From positions 17,369 to 81,368 of the forward strand of contig JBBQUR010000022.1 of NCBI GenBank assembly GCA_038212275.1: a DNA stretch of 64,000 bases, given 5' to 3'. Both the position numbers and the translations under genes were made by a program. Below, one piece after another: positions 1-10,800 of the stretch (within the stretch, counting starts at the first letter, position 1; each line of letters opens with the position of its first letter). Under the pieces are notes generated by a model, which worked only from the letters and a program-made list of their open reading frames with translations, was not told the origin of the DNA and ran no database searches. The stretch comes from Planctomycetota bacterium (lineage in GTDB: Bacteria > Planctomycetota > B15-G4).

Positions 1-1
1 G

Positions 2-802
2 CTCGGCGTGCTGTCGCTGCAGGCCCTGCTCATGGTGGCGATGTATCTGTTCAGCACGGTGCTGGCGCTGGCCGCGGCGGCGGTGCTGGGGCGCACCGTC
101 TTCCGCGGGAAGTCCGTGCCGCTGCTGCTGGAACTGCCGCCGTACCGCATGCCCGCGCCGCGTTCCGTGCTGCGCATGATGTGGGAGCGCGGCAAGCTCT
201 TCGTCACCGAGGCGGGCGGTGTCATCCTCGTGTGCACGATCCTGCTCTGGGTGCTGCTGTCCTTCCCGCGCGGCACGCTGGGGCCCACGCCGGTCGTGGC
301 GGCCGACGCCACTCCAGCGGCGATCGCTGCGGCGGATGACAACGAGCAGGCACGCGTCGCCGCCTTCGAGTCGGAGCGCCTGGCTGACAGCTGGGGTGGT
401 CGGCTCGGGCGCTTCATCGAGCCGACCATCGCGCCGCTCGGCTTCGACTGGAAAATCGGCGTCGGACTCATCGGCGCCTTTGCGGCGCGCGAGGTCTTCG
501 TGAGCACGATGGGCGTCGTCTACGGCGTGGGAGACAGCGCGGACGAGTCCTCGATGCCGTTGCGGCAGCGACTGCAATCGGAGCGCTGGCCCGACGGCCG
601 GCCGATCTACACCCCGCTGGTGGGCCTGTCGCTCATGGTGTTTTTCGCACTTGCGGCACAGTGCATGAGCACGCTGGCGGTGGTCCGGCGCGAGACGCGC
701 AGCTACGGCTGGCCGGCTTTCCTCTTCCTTTACATGACCGCGCTCGCCTGGATCTTCTCCTTTGCGACGTTCCAGATCGGCAGCGCGCTCGGCTGGGGCT
801 GA
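2..802 (+). CDS. feoB: Ferrous iron transport protein B, C-terminal part (5' truncated by window edge)
   Basis: LLELPPYRMP, PLGFDWKIGVGLIGAFAAREVFVSTM and FFALAAQCMSTLAVVRRET are FeoB C-terminal/gate motifs; frame open to window start. Confidence 0.95.
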   Translation, partial: LGVLSLQALLMVAMYLFSTVLALAAAAVLGRTVFRGKSVPLLLELPPYRMPAPRSVLRMMWERGKLFVTEAGGVILVCTILLWVLLSFPRGTLGPTPVVAADATPAAIAAADDNEQARVAAFESERLADSWGGRLGRFIEPTIAPLGFDWKIGVGLIGAFAAREVFVSTMGVVYGVGDSADESSMPLRQRLQSERWPDGRPIYTPLVGLSLMVFFALAAQCMSTLAVVRRETRSYGWPAFLFLYMTALAWIFSFATFQIGSALGWG

Positions 803-981
803 CGCCGCCGATGCCGCCGCCAGCGGCCGTGACGCCGCCGACGCCTGCTGCGGTCTGCCCGGTCCCGACGATGCTGCGACTCGGCACGGCTATACTGCGG
901 AAGCTCGGTGCGACGACGTGCATAGGGAGTGCGGACGTGCTCAAATTCCTGGTCGTCGGGCCCGCATCCCGGGGAAGATCC

Positions 982-3900
982 ATGTCGATCCACCACCCAG
1001 CGTCGGTCGGCGCGTCTCTGCTGACCGTGCTTTGCTTCTTCCTTGCGCCGCTGGCCGCGCCGCTGGCCGCGCAGGTCGACTCGCGCCCGGCCGCGGTGGC
1101 ACCGCCGTCGCCCGCCGCGACGGAACACGTGAAGCCTCTCGAGGCGCCGCCTGCGCCGCCGCGCGAGGCAGACGGCGACGTCGGCGCTCCGGAGTCCGGT
1201 GCGCAGTCCAGCGACTGCGGCTGCCATGCCTGCACCGCGGATGCAGACGGCGGTTGCGGTTGCGGCTGCACCTCTGCGCTGTCCATCGGACTGCCGGAGG
1301 GCTTCCTCGACGAGACGCAGCCCGGCGACCTCGAACAGGCGGTGGGGCTGGTGTTCGGCGAGGACGGGCACCTTTTCGTCTGGGAGAAGGCCGGCCGCGT
1401 GTGGTTGCTGGAGAACGGCGTGAAGTCGGCCACGCCCTTCCTCGACATCTCCGAGGAAGTGGGCGACTGGTTCGACTACGGCCTGCTCGGCTTCACGCTC
1501 GACCCGGCGTTCGCGGTGAACGGTTACGTCTACGCCTTCTATGTCGTCGACTACCACTACCTGACGAAGTTCGGCACGCCCGAGTACGACCCGCACGTCA
1601 ACGAGTTCAACAAGGACACGATCGCGCGCATCACGCGCTTCACGGCCAACGCCGCCAACGGCTTTCACAGCGTGCTCCCCGGAAGCCGCCACGTGCTGCT
1701 CGGCGAGAGCATCACGACCGGCATCCCGCTGTGCGGCACCTCGCACGGCGCGGGCAGCCTCGTCTTCGGCAGCGACGGCACGCTCATGGCCTCGTGCGGT
1801 GATGGCAGCTCCGGGCTCACGACGATGACCTGCCTCAGCGACGGCATCATCAAGCCCAAGGAAGACGTCGGCGCCTTCCGCCCCCAGCTCGTGGATTCGC
1901 TGTCGGGCAAGCTGCTGCGCCTCGACCCCGCCACGGGCGACGGCGTGCCGGGCAACCCTTTCTACGACGGGCTCGATCCGCGCGCGCCGAGGTCGCGCGT
2001 CTGGGCGCTGGGCCTGCGCCAGCCGTGCCGCTTCAACCTGCGCCCCGGCACCGGCAGCCTCAACCCGGCGGATGCGCAACCCGGCACCTTCTATGTCGGC
2101 GACGTGGGCGCCGGCTTCTGGGAGGAGCTGAATGTCGTGCGCGGCCCGGGGCTCAACTTCGGCTGGCCGATCTGGGAGGGCCCCAACCTCTTCGCGATGG
2201 CGACCAACCTGCAGGACAATCTCGACGCGCCCAATCCGCTCTTCGGCGGCGCGTGCACGCAGCCCTTCTTCCATTTCCAGGACCTGCTCGCTGCGGACAG
2301 CAACAATGCGCCGCAGTGGAAGAACCCCTGCAACCCGGCCGTGCCCATCGTCACGTCGGCGCCGCTCTTCGTGCACAAGCGCCCCGTGCTCACCTGGCAG
2401 CACGGCGGTGAGGCCTTCGTGCCGACGTATGCCTTGTCCGGCGCGGCCAGCCTCACGATGCTCGGCACGCCGGCCAGTCCGGTGGAAGGTGACTCCTTCG
2501 GCGGCAACTGTTCGATCGGCGGCACCTGGTACACGGGGACCGCGTTTCCCGGGGAGTATCAGGGCACGTACTTCCACGCCGACTATGGCGAGGGCTGGAT
2601 CCGCAACCTCGCGTTCACCGCCGATGACCGGCTGATCGAGGTGCGTCCTTTCGCCAGCACGGTGGGGCGCATCGTGAGCCTAAGCGAAAACCCCGTCGAC
2701 GGCAGCCTCTGGTACATCAACTACACGGACCTCGGCGCGTCGCGCCTGCACCGGATCCGCTACGTGGCGGGCAACTTCCCGCCGATCGCGAAGCTCGGCG
2801 CGAGCGCCTTGTGGGGGCCCGCGCCGCTCGTCGTGAACTTCGATGCTGGTGCATCGACGGATCCCGAACAGCAGCCGCTCGAGTACACGTGGACCTTCGG
2901 CGACGGCACGCCGGACAGCCATCTCGTCGCGCCGGTGCACACCTTTCCGTCCGAGGACATCACCGCGCTCGGGACCGTGCACGCCAAGTGCTACGACCTG
3001 AACCCGCCCGGCCCGAAGGGGCCCGGCAACCCGGATCCCGAGGTCATGCGCGACGGTGACTATCCGCCCGTCGGCACGCTCGACACGCAGCGACAGTTCC
3101 TCACGATGCACCTCGACGCCGGCGGCCAGAACGACAACGGCGGCGTGGACTACGTGGGCTGGACCTTCAGCCAGCCGCGCACCTTCGTCGGCCTGCTCTA
3201 CCAGGAAGGTCTCTACTACGCCGGCGGCGGCTGGTGGGACACGTGGCGCGTGCAGGTGCGCGTCAACGGCGTGTGGACCACGGTCAACAACGTCACATCC
3301 ACTCCGCCCTATCCCGGCCAGCTCTATCCGCACTTCGAGACCTTCGAGATGCGCTTCCCGCCGACGACCGGCACCGGCATCCGCCTCAATGGCAAGCCTG
3401 GCGGCATCGGCACGATCAAGTTCATCTCCGTGGGTGAGTTGCGCGTGCTCGCGACGCCGCTCGCGCCGGTGACGGACGCGACCAACTATCCGGTGTCCCT
3501 CGAGGTGACGGACTCGGCGGGCGGCAGCACGACGGCGGCGGTCTCGATCTCGCTCAACAACTCGCCGCCGAAGGCGAAGATCCGCGATCCGGCCGACCTC
3601 TCGCTCTACTCCAACAGCGAGCCGATGCTCGGCCTGCTCAAGGGCAGCTACTCGGATCCCGAGCAGGCGGATGCCGCGCTGAGCTGTCGCTGGGAGATCA
3701 TCGACCACCACAACGACCACACGCACCCGCAGCCGGTGCTGCACGACTGCGAGGCGCAGGCGGTCCTCGCGGGCGAGTGTTGCGATGGCGACGTGCACTA
3801 CATCGAGGTCGTGTACACCGTCACCGACCCGTTCGGGCTCTCCGCGAGCGATCGGCACTGGCTCATTCCCGATGTCGACCGCAACCTGAACGGCGTCGAT

Positions 3901-4104
3901 GACGTGCTCGAGATCGCCGCAGACCCGTCGCTCGACGTCAACCTGGATGGAATCCCCGACGACGCCCAGTGGGATTGCAACCAGAACGACCGGCCCGACC
4001 TGTACGACATCTTCTTCAAGTACGTGCCCGACGCGAACCGCGACGGACACCCGGACGACTGCGCGCCGGTGACCTGGAAGCTCCTGCAGACCAAGAGCTA
4101 CTGA
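982..4104 (+). CDS. Secreted glucose/sorbosone-dehydrogenase (PQQ-type beta-propeller) family protein with PKD domain, discoidin-like insert and C-terminal Ca-binding repeats
   Basis: Signal peptide after ATG 982 (GGGGAAG upstream); GLLGFTLDPAF, HGAGSLVFGSDGTL, SLSGKLLRLDP, VWALGLRQP, YVGDVG..WEELN, NFGWP motifs; PKD WTFGDG; DxNxDG-like repeats. The ORF-track start at 661 overlaps feoB. Confidence 0.85.
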   Translation: MSIHHPASVGASLLTVLCFFLAPLAAPLAAQVDSRPAAVAPPSPAATEHVKPLEAPPAPPREADGDVGAPESGAQSSDCGCHACTADADGGCGCGCTSALSIGLPEGFLDETQPGDLEQAVGLVFGEDGHLFVWEKAGRVWLLENGVKSATPFLDISEEVGDWFDYGLLGFTLDPAFAVNGYVYAFYVVDYHYLTKFGTPEYDPHVNEFNKDTIARITRFTANAANGFHSVLPGSRHVLLGESITTGIPLCGTSHGAGSLVFGSDGTLMASCGDGSSGLTTMTCLSDGIIKPKEDVGAFRPQLVDSLSGKLLRLDPATGDGVPGNPFYDGLDPRAPRSRVWALGLRQPCRFNLRPGTGSLNPADAQPGTFYVGDVGAGFWEELNVVRGPGLNFGWPIWEGPNLFAMATNLQDNLDAPNPLFGGACTQPFFHFQDLLAADSNNAPQWKNPCNPAVPIVTSAPLFVHKRPVLTWQHGGEAFVPTYALSGAASLTMLGTPASPVEGDSFGGNCSIGGTWYTGTAFPGEYQGTYFHADYGEGWIRNLAFTADDRLIEVRPFASTVGRIVSLSENPVDGSLWYINYTDLGASRLHRIRYVAGNFPPIAKLGASALWGPAPLVVNFDAGASTDPEQQPLEYTWTFGDGTPDSHLVAPVHTFPSEDITALGTVHAKCYDLNPPGPKGPGNPDPEVMRDGDYPPVGTLDTQRQFLTMHLDAGGQNDNGGVDYVGWTFSQPRTFVGLLYQEGLYYAGGGWWDTWRVQVRVNGVWTTVNNVTSTPPYPGQLYPHFETFEMRFPPTTGTGIRLNGKPGGIGTIKFISVGELRVLATPLAPVTDATNYPVSLEVTDSAGGSTTAAVSISLNNSPPKAKIRDPADLSLYSNSEPMLGLLKGSYSDPEQADAALSCRWEIIDHHNDHTHPQPVLHDCEAQAVLAGECCDGDVHYIEVVYTVTDPFGLSASDRHWLIPDVDRNLNGVDDVLEIAADPSLDVNLDGIPDDAQWDCNQNDRPDLYDIFFKYVPDANRDGHPDDCAPVTWKLLQTKSY

Positions 4105-4155
4105 GGCGCCCGCCTCCGGTCGGGTCACGCCGATCGAAGCCTGCCTCCCGACCGC

Positions 4156-5835
4156 TCAGCGCGACGCGTGTGGTGCGTGCGGCGCGAGCCGGGCCAGCCG
4201 CGTGCGGGCGGCTGCCACCGCAGCCGCGAAGATCGGCCCCGCAGCGGGCTGAGCGGCCATCAATTCGCGTCCGCGCACGGCGAGCATGCGCTGCACGTCG
4301 ACATCACCCGGGTCGGCCTCCGCCGCAGCGACCAGCAGTCCGAGATTGTCGGCTGCAATGCCCTCGGTCGCGGCCCGCAGGTAGAAGGCCCGCAGGCGCA
4401 GTTGAGCATCGAGCCGCGGGACGGCCAGCGCCGTCAGCGCCACGACCATCGCGAGGATGAGGGCGATCGTGGCGGTGCGAAGCGCCGGCGTTTCGTTGCG
4501 CAGCACGTGTTCGCTTGGCAGGCCGGTGCGTGCACGATCGGCGGCGAGCAGACCCCACACGGCGCCGGCGGCGGCGAAGATCGGCAGCGCGGTGCCGGGC
4601 GAGGTCCACGCGTTCTGCACGCATCCGACGACGACGCCCGTCGCGAAGACGCCCAGTGCGAGTCGCGCCATCGCCGGGCTGTCGTGGCGGCGGGCGAGCC
4701 GGAAGCCGTGCCAGAGCGTGAGCGCTGCGAACGCGGCGAGAGCGAGACCCGCCGCCAGGCCGCCCTCCGCGGCCGCCAGCAGGAACTCGTCGTGCGGATG
4801 GTCGACCTCGGTCGTCGCGCCCTGCAGGCCGGGCAGCGCGGCTTCGACCGGATCGCGGAAGGGCGGGAACTGCGCGCGGAAGTTGCCGAGTCCGTAACCG
4901 AGCAGCGGTCGCTGCGCGACCATCCTGCCCGTGGCGCGCCACACCGAGAGGCGCACGTTGGTGGTGAGGTCCCCGCCGGAGAGCACGGGCGCCGAAGCGG
5001 GCAGCTTGCCCGCCGTGAAGATCTCCGTGCCGCCAGCCAGCACGGCCGCAAGGATCGCACCCACCGCAAGGCGCGGCATCCACAGCTTGAACCGTGCGAG
5101 GACCGCCCCCCGGTTGCTGGCGGTGACGACCGCCACGCCGACCAGGGCGCCCAGCAGGCCGCCCCGTGCGCGCGTGAGCACGAGCGCCGCCGTGCCGAGC
5201 AGCAGCGCGGCGAGGGCGACGCGCATGCGGGCATCGCGCACCGCAAGCTCCGCCTGCGTGACGGTGGCAAAGGCCGCCACGACGCCCAGCGCCAGCAGCG
5301 CCCCGGCGCGCGTCGAGTTGCCCATCAGCCCGACGAACTCGCGCAGCAGGACGTCGGCGGTCGGCGGCGAGAAGCGCTGCTCGATGTCCACCGCCTGCAG
5401 CAGCACGACGACGGCCGTGAGCAGCGTGGCGAGCTGCAGCGCGGACGCGAGCGGCAGCTTGTCCGCGGCTGCGCGTGCGGCGCGCATGCCGAGGCTTGCT
5501 GCGAGCGCCGAGAGCAGCACGATCTGCACGCGGTCCGAGACGGAGGAGCTCCACGGGCTGGCCAGCGCCGCAGGCACCGCAAGCAGCGCCGCGAGCAGCG
5601 AGAGCTGTCCGCCGCGGCACGCGAGCCACGCGCGCACGTCGTTGCGGGCGACCAGCGCCGCCCAGGGCAGCAGCACGGCTGCCGCGAGCAGCGACATGCA
5701 CGCCGTCTTGAAGCTGTCCATGTCGAACAGGTCGGGCAGCGCGCAGCCGGCGGCCGCGACGAGCAGCAGCGCGAGCGCCCAGCCGGTGCCCGAGGGCGAT
5801 GCGGCGGGCCGGGGCGATGGCGCGGGACGGCTCAT
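4156..5835 (-). CDS. O-antigen ligase / O-oligosaccharyltransferase-like (Wzy_C) membrane protein
   Basis: Many TM helices; GLMGNST, LTRARGGLLG, RLSVW...RPLLGYGLGNF, DHPHDEFL..AAEGG motifs; 4-bp overlap with ftsY. Confidence 0.8.
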   Translation of the reverse strand: MSRPAPSPRPAASPSGTGWALALLLVAAAGCALPDLFDMDSFKTACMSLLAAAVLLPWAALVARNDVRAWLACRGGQLSLLAALLAVPAALASPWSSSVSDRVQIVLLSALAASLGMRAARAAADKLPLASALQLATLLTAVVVLLQAVDIEQRFSPPTADVLLREFVGLMGNSTRAGALLALGVVAAFATVTQAELAVRDARMRVALAALLLGTAALVLTRARGGLLGALVGVAVVTASNRGAVLARFKLWMPRLAVGAILAAVLAGGTEIFTAGKLPASAPVLSGGDLTTNVRLSVWRATGRMVAQRPLLGYGLGNFRAQFPPFRDPVEAALPGLQGATTEVDHPHDEFLLAAAEGGLAAGLALAAFAALTLWHGFRLARRHDSPAMARLALGVFATGVVVGCVQNAWTSPGTALPIFAAAGAVWGLLAADRARTGLPSEHVLRNETPALRTATIALILAMVVALTALAVPRLDAQLRLRAFYLRAATEGIAADNLGLLVAAAEADPGDVDVQRMLAVRGRELMAAQPAAGPIFAAAVAAARTRLARLAPHAPHASR

Positions 5836-6767
5836 GCCGCCTTGAACAAGGCGTCCACGAAGGCCTGCGCGTCGAAGCGCTCGATGTCCTCGGGAGATTC
5901 TCCGAGGCCGACGAAGCGCACGGGGATGCCGAGCTGCTGGTGGATGGACACCACCGCGCCGCCACGCGCCGTGCCGTCGAGCTTGGTGACCATGAGGCCG
6001 GTCACGGCCACCACCTCCTTGAAGGTGGCGGCCTGCGCGATCGCGTTCTGCCCCGTCGTGCCGTCGAGGATGAGCAGGACTTCATGCGGCGCGCCGGGAA
6101 TGCGCTTGCCGAGCACGCGACGGATCTTCTCGAGCTCCGCCATGAGCGGGCGCTGGGTGTGCAGGCGTCCCGCGGTGTCGACGAGCAGCACGTCGATGCC
6201 GTCGCGCACGGCTGCGTCGGCCGCATCGAAGGCAAGGCCCGACGGGTCGCTGCCGGTGGGGCGCTTCACGATCGGGATCTCCAGACGCTGCGCCCAGATG
6301 GTGAGCTGCTCGACGGCTGCCGCGCGGAAGGTGTCGCACGCGGCGAGCATCACCGCGCGGCCCTCGCCGCGGAACAGGTGAGCCAGCTTGGCGATGGAAG
6401 TCGTCTTGCCCGAGCCGTTCACGCCGACCACGAGGATGACGTGCGGCTTGTGCGCGAGAGGCGCAGCAGCGCCGGCCCCCGCCGTGGAGGAGCCGTCGCG
6501 GGATGCGGCGCCCATGAGCGCCAGCAGTCGCTCGCGCACGAAGGGCTCGATCTGCTCGGCCTGCGTGAGCGTGCCCTTGCGATAGCCCTCGCGGATGGAC
6601 GCCACGAGTTCGACGGCCGCGGGCCCGAGGTCCGCGGTGTAGAGCAGCTCCTCGATGCGGTCCAGCGTGGCGGCGTCCAGCGTGCCGCGGCCGAGCAGCT
6701 TGCGCAGGCCCGAGACCAGCGTCTCGCGCGTCTTCTTCAGGCCGGCGAAGAGCTTGCCGAAGACCAC
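5832..6767 (-). CDS. ftsY: Signal recognition particle receptor FtsY (NG domains, no acidic domain)
   Basis: GVNGSGKTTSIAKLA, DTFRAAAVEQL, DTAGRL, DGTTGQN, TKLDGTARGG. Confidence 0.97.
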   Translation of the reverse strand: MVFGKLFAGLKKTRETLVSGLRKLLGRGTLDAATLDRIEELLYTADLGPAAVELVASIREGYRKGTLTQAEQIEPFVRERLLALMGAASRDGSSTAGAGAAAPLAHKPHVILVVGVNGSGKTTSIAKLAHLFRGEGRAVMLAACDTFRAAAVEQLTIWAQRLEIPIVKRPTGSDPSGLAFDAADAAVRDGIDVLLVDTAGRLHTQRPLMAELEKIRRVLGKRIPGAPHEVLLILDGTTGQNAIAQAATFKEVVAVTGLMVTKLDGTARGGAVVSIHQQLGIPVRFVGLGESPEDIERFDAQAFVDALFKAA

Positions 6768-6771
6768 CGGG

Positions 6772-7299
6772 TCAGCCGTCCTGCGGGGGCGCGGAGAGCG
6801 GCGATGCGGGATGGAAGCGCGTGACGGCGGGCTCGGACGGCGCGGCCGCCTCGTCCGGAGCGGGCTCGCCTTCGCCGTCGCTGTCGGCGGGCAGGTTCAG
6901 GTCCCGGCGGATGCGGTCCAGGATGCCGTTGATGAAGGCGCCGGACTGCGCCGTGGAGAAGCGCTTGCCGAGCTCGATGGCCTCGTTGATGGAGACCTTG
7001 GCCGGGATGTCGCGGCGCCCGAGCAGTTCGTGGACGGAGAGTCTCAGGATGTTGCGGTCGACGACCGCGAGGCGCGAGAGGTCCCAGTTCTCCGCAGCGC
7101 CCGCGATGAGCCTGTCGAGCTCGTCGCGCTGGCCGAGGACGCCGTCGACGAGTTCCCGGGCGAAGGCCTTCACCTCGACCGAGGCCTCGGTGTCTTCCAG
7201 CGTGAGCTGCCACGCGCGGCTGTCCGGCCGGTTCTCGTGATCGCAGGAGTAGAGCACCTGCAGCGCGATCTCGCGCGAGCGACTGCGGCTGCCGATCAT
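6772..7299 (-). CDS. nusB: Transcription antitermination factor NusB
   Basis: RSRSREIALQVLY, NWDLSRLAVVDRNILRL, VSINEAIELGKRFS, FINGILD; ATG 7299 overlaps the ribH stop. Confidence 0.96.
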   Translation of the reverse strand: MIGSRSRSREIALQVLYSCDHENRPDSRAWQLTLEDTEASVEVKAFARELVDGVLGQRDELDRLIAGAAENWDLSRLAVVDRNILRLSVHELLGRRDIPAKVSINEAIELGKRFSTAQSGAFINGILDRIRRDLNLPADSDGEGEPAPDEAAAPSEPAVTRFHPASPLSAPPQDG

Positions 7300-7835
7300 G
7301 GTGCGTCGCCGGAAGGCGCGCGAGTGGGCGCGCCGGATGCTTTGCCGGACGGCGCTCGGGCAGCGGACAGCTTGCGCACCTGGCCGAGCACGTCGATCAT
7401 CTCGAGCGCGGCGCGCGCCGCCTCGACGCCCTTGTTCTTTGCGGCGCCGCCGGCGCGTGCCTGCGCCTGCGCGAGGGTCTCGCACGTGAGCACGCCGAAG
7501 GCCACGGGCACGCCGGTGTCCAGCGCCACGCGGCTGCAGCCCGCCGCCGTCTCCGTGCAGACGTAGTCGTAGTGGTCGGTCTCCCCGCGGATGACGGCGC
7601 CCAGCGCGAGGACGGCGTCGTGTCCGCCGTGCAGCGCGAGCTGCTGCACCGCGAGCGGCAGTTCCAGCGCGCCGGGCACGTGCACGACGGTGATCGCGTC
7701 GTCGGCGACGCCGGCCTGGCGCAGGCTTGCCAGCGCGCCGTCCAGCAGGCCGCGCGTGATGCTCTCGTTGTAGCTGGCGACCGCCATGCCGACGCGACAT
7801 GCACGGCCATCGGGATTTCCGCGGATGTCGCGCAT
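7296..7835 (-). CDS. ribH: 6,7-dimethyl-8-ribityllumazine synthase
   Basis: VPGALELP, LGAVIRGETDHYDYVC, PVAFGVLT, NKGVEAA. Confidence 0.97.
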   Translation of the reverse strand: MRDIRGNPDGRACRVGMAVASYNESITRGLLDGALASLRQAGVADDAITVVHVPGALELPLAVQQLALHGGHDAVLALGAVIRGETDHYDYVCTETAAGCSRVALDTGVPVAFGVLTCETLAQAQARAGGAAKNKGVEAARAALEMIDVLGQVRKLSAARAPSGKASGAPTRAPSGDAP

Positions 7836-7871
7836 GGGAGAGCCGGGTTCCAAAGGAGCGGGCGCGCGATC

Positions 7872-10800
7872 CTAGCGATCGCCCTGCGAGGGGGCCAGCG
7901 GCGTGTCGGCCGCGGCCTCAGCGGGAGGGGCAAGCAGGGCACTCGCCATGGCGAGGTGGTCGAGCGCCCCGGCGGTCTCTCCGAGGCGCATGAGCCGGAG
8001 GGCGCGCGCGTGCAGGTTGTCGGCGGCGATCCGCACCGGGGGCGCGAGCGGCGCGTCGCCCGACTGCCGCGCCTGCAGGGCGTCGGCAAGCGAGATCTCG
8101 GCGCGCATGAAGCGCTCGCGCTCGTCGCCGAGCGAGGCCTCATCGAGCAGCGTCAGCAGCTTGTGGCCCTCCTCGCTGCGGCCCCCGATCACGGCATCGA
8201 GACCTGCCGACTTGCGCGCGATCATCGCGCCCAGCTCGGGCAGCTCCTCGCGCGGGATCGGGCGGCCGGGCAGGTCCTGCTGCGCGAGGCGCTCCGCGAG
8301 GCCGAAGTAAAGCTGCGCGCGCCACACCATGCGCTGGATGCTGCCCACCATGTCGGGTGGAGGTGTCGCATCCACGGACGGAGGAGGCGCCGGCTTGCGG
8401 CTCGCGATGCCCGCGGCGTAGCGCACCACGTTCTCCAGCAGTCGCCTCACGAAGGGATCGGCCAGGTTGTTCGCATCGAAGGGCAGGGTGGACAGCACGA
8501 TGTGTCCCTTGCCGTAAGGCACCGCCTGCACCGCGGCGCCCGCAAAGCTGCCGTCCGAGGAGATCGCGCCGAGCTGGACGTCCACCGGCAGGCCGGCGCC
8601 CGCGAGCAGCACGTGCTCCGGGATGAGCGCCGAAAAGCGCTCGTCGGGAAGCGGCTGCGCGGACGGGATGTCCGCGAGCAGCAACGAGGCCGGCGTGAAC
8701 GCGAAGAAGCATTCCACGCCCGCGCCGCGCGTGCGGCGGCTGGACATGTCGAAGGGCAGGTCCGCGACCTGCCCGCAGCCGTCGGCTGCAGTGAAGTGCT
8801 GCGGTACCGGCTGGCCGGCGTCCGGTGGTGCGAGCCACAGCAGCGTGCCACCGTCGCGCACGAGACGCAGCAGCGCCACCGTGACGTTGATGTTCTTCGC
8901 ATCCCACGGCTCGGGGCGCGCACCCAGCACCACGAGGCGCGGCATGCCGCCGAAGGATTCGGGGCGGCGGTCCACCAGCGGCGACACGACGTCGGCGATC
9001 TCCGGCGTCAGGTCCACCAGCGATCCGGCAGCGATGGGGCGCACCGGCCGGTCGGCCAGCGCTGGAAAGGCATCGCGCACGGCGGGAGCCACAACGCCTG
9101 CAGTGCCGGTCGCGCTGGTCGCGCTGGTCGCGCCGGTCGCGCCGGTTGCGCTGGTTGCGCTGGTTGCGCTGGTTGCGCTGGTTGCGCTGGACGCGTTGGA
9201 TGCGCTGGCGCGGTGCAGCGACGCCAGCGCCGCCAGCGCGGGCTTGGGCGCACCCCAGACCGAGCACAGCCCGGCCGCGTCCTCCCATGCGGCGTCACGC
9301 CACGGCTCGAAGCAGATGCCGGCGACGCGCGGATTGGCGAGCAGGAGCCGCCCGAGCTCGTCGACGCCGCGCGCCTGGGACGCCGCGCCCAGCGCGGTGA
9401 GCTGCGTCGCGTCGCCCGCAAGCGCGGAGAGCGGCGTGCCCGCCTTGAGCAGCGGACCGACTGCTTCGAGTTTCCGCACGTATTCGCGCGCATCCTGCGA
9501 CTGCAGTCGCCCGCCGAAGCCGGTCAGCGCCTCCTTGAACGACGGCGTACCGGACACGCCCCACGAGGAGACCCACACGAGCCGGTCATGGCCGGCTCCC
9601 AGGTGCGCCACTTGCTCGCGGAGCGCGGCCGAGGGCGTGCCTGTCCGCGGCAGGTGCACATCGTCGATCTGCAGCGGCGTGTCGTCGTGCGGATTCCACG
9701 CGTGCGCGCTGCCCTGCCAGCCGCCGGATTCGTCGATGAGCAGGCGCTCGGGCATGCGCGCGCGCGCGCAGGCGACCAGCTCGTCCATCCGCTGCCAGAG
9801 ATCGCCGGAGAGTTCATCGAGCACGTTCACCATGACGACGCTCGGGTGGCCCGAGACGGCGTCGGCCAGCACCGTGACGGCTTGCAGCGCGGCAGGGCCC
9901 GTCTCCGGCAGCGTGTGCGTCACCACGCCGAGCGAGGCCTCGGCGCACACCATGAGGCCCAGCTCGTCGCAGAGCTCGTACAGATCCGGTTGCGTGCGCG
10001 AGGACGCGCGCACGAGATTGAAGCCCGCCGCGCGCATCGTGACCAGCTCGCGCCGCAGGAAGGTCTCGTCCGGCGGGTGCGCCAGGCTGCGCGGATAGCA
10101 AGGCGGATAGAGCACTCCGCGCACGGCCAGTGGATCGCCGTCCAGCGTGAAGCGACCGTCCTGCACGGCGAAGCGGCGCAAGGCGAGGTGGACGTTCCAG
10201 CGGGCGGCATGCTCTCCGTCGTTCACGTCGATGGACAGCGCATGTGCGACGGGCCGCGACGGGCTCCAGTGCTCCAGCGCCTCGGCACCAGGCAGTGGCA
10301 CGAAAAGTCGCGTCTCACCGGGCGGCAGCTCGGCTGCGTGGCGCCAGGTGAGCGTCCGGCCGGGCCTCGCGGCGAGGTCCAGCGTCACGGCGCGCGACGC
10401 CTCGCCGTGGTTCTGGAGGTCGAGGCGAAGCTGCACGGTGCCGTCGGGCAGGAGCTGGCTGTCGTGACGCAGCACCTCGACGAGCGGCACGCGGCACAAC
10501 CGCACGCTGCCGGTGATGCCGCCCCAGTTGTAGGCGCTGCTTTCCGCGGCGTTGGGCAGTCCTGCGAGCACGAGCCCGTCCACGGGCCGATTGCCGGGGT
10601 CGACGCAGCGCACGATGAGCACCACGCCCGGCTTGTCCAGCTTGCCCGTGACGTCGAAGCGGAAGGGCGCATCGCCGCCGTCGTGGCGCCCGAGGAACTC
10701 GCCGCCGAGCCAGACGTCGGCGCGCCAGTTCACGGCGGCGAACTCCAGCAGCAGCCGGCCCGCGTCTGCGGCGGGCGAATCGGCCCGAGGCAGCCTGGTG

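Noticed and set aside
661..981. N-terminal extension of the dehydrogenase-like ORF
   Set aside because: It overlaps feoB and an intergenic region with a TATACT -10-like hexamer (891-896); the signal peptide starts at 982
1213..1233. c-type cytochrome haem site
   Set aside because: The sequence is CGCHAC (CxCH / CxxCT), not CxxCH
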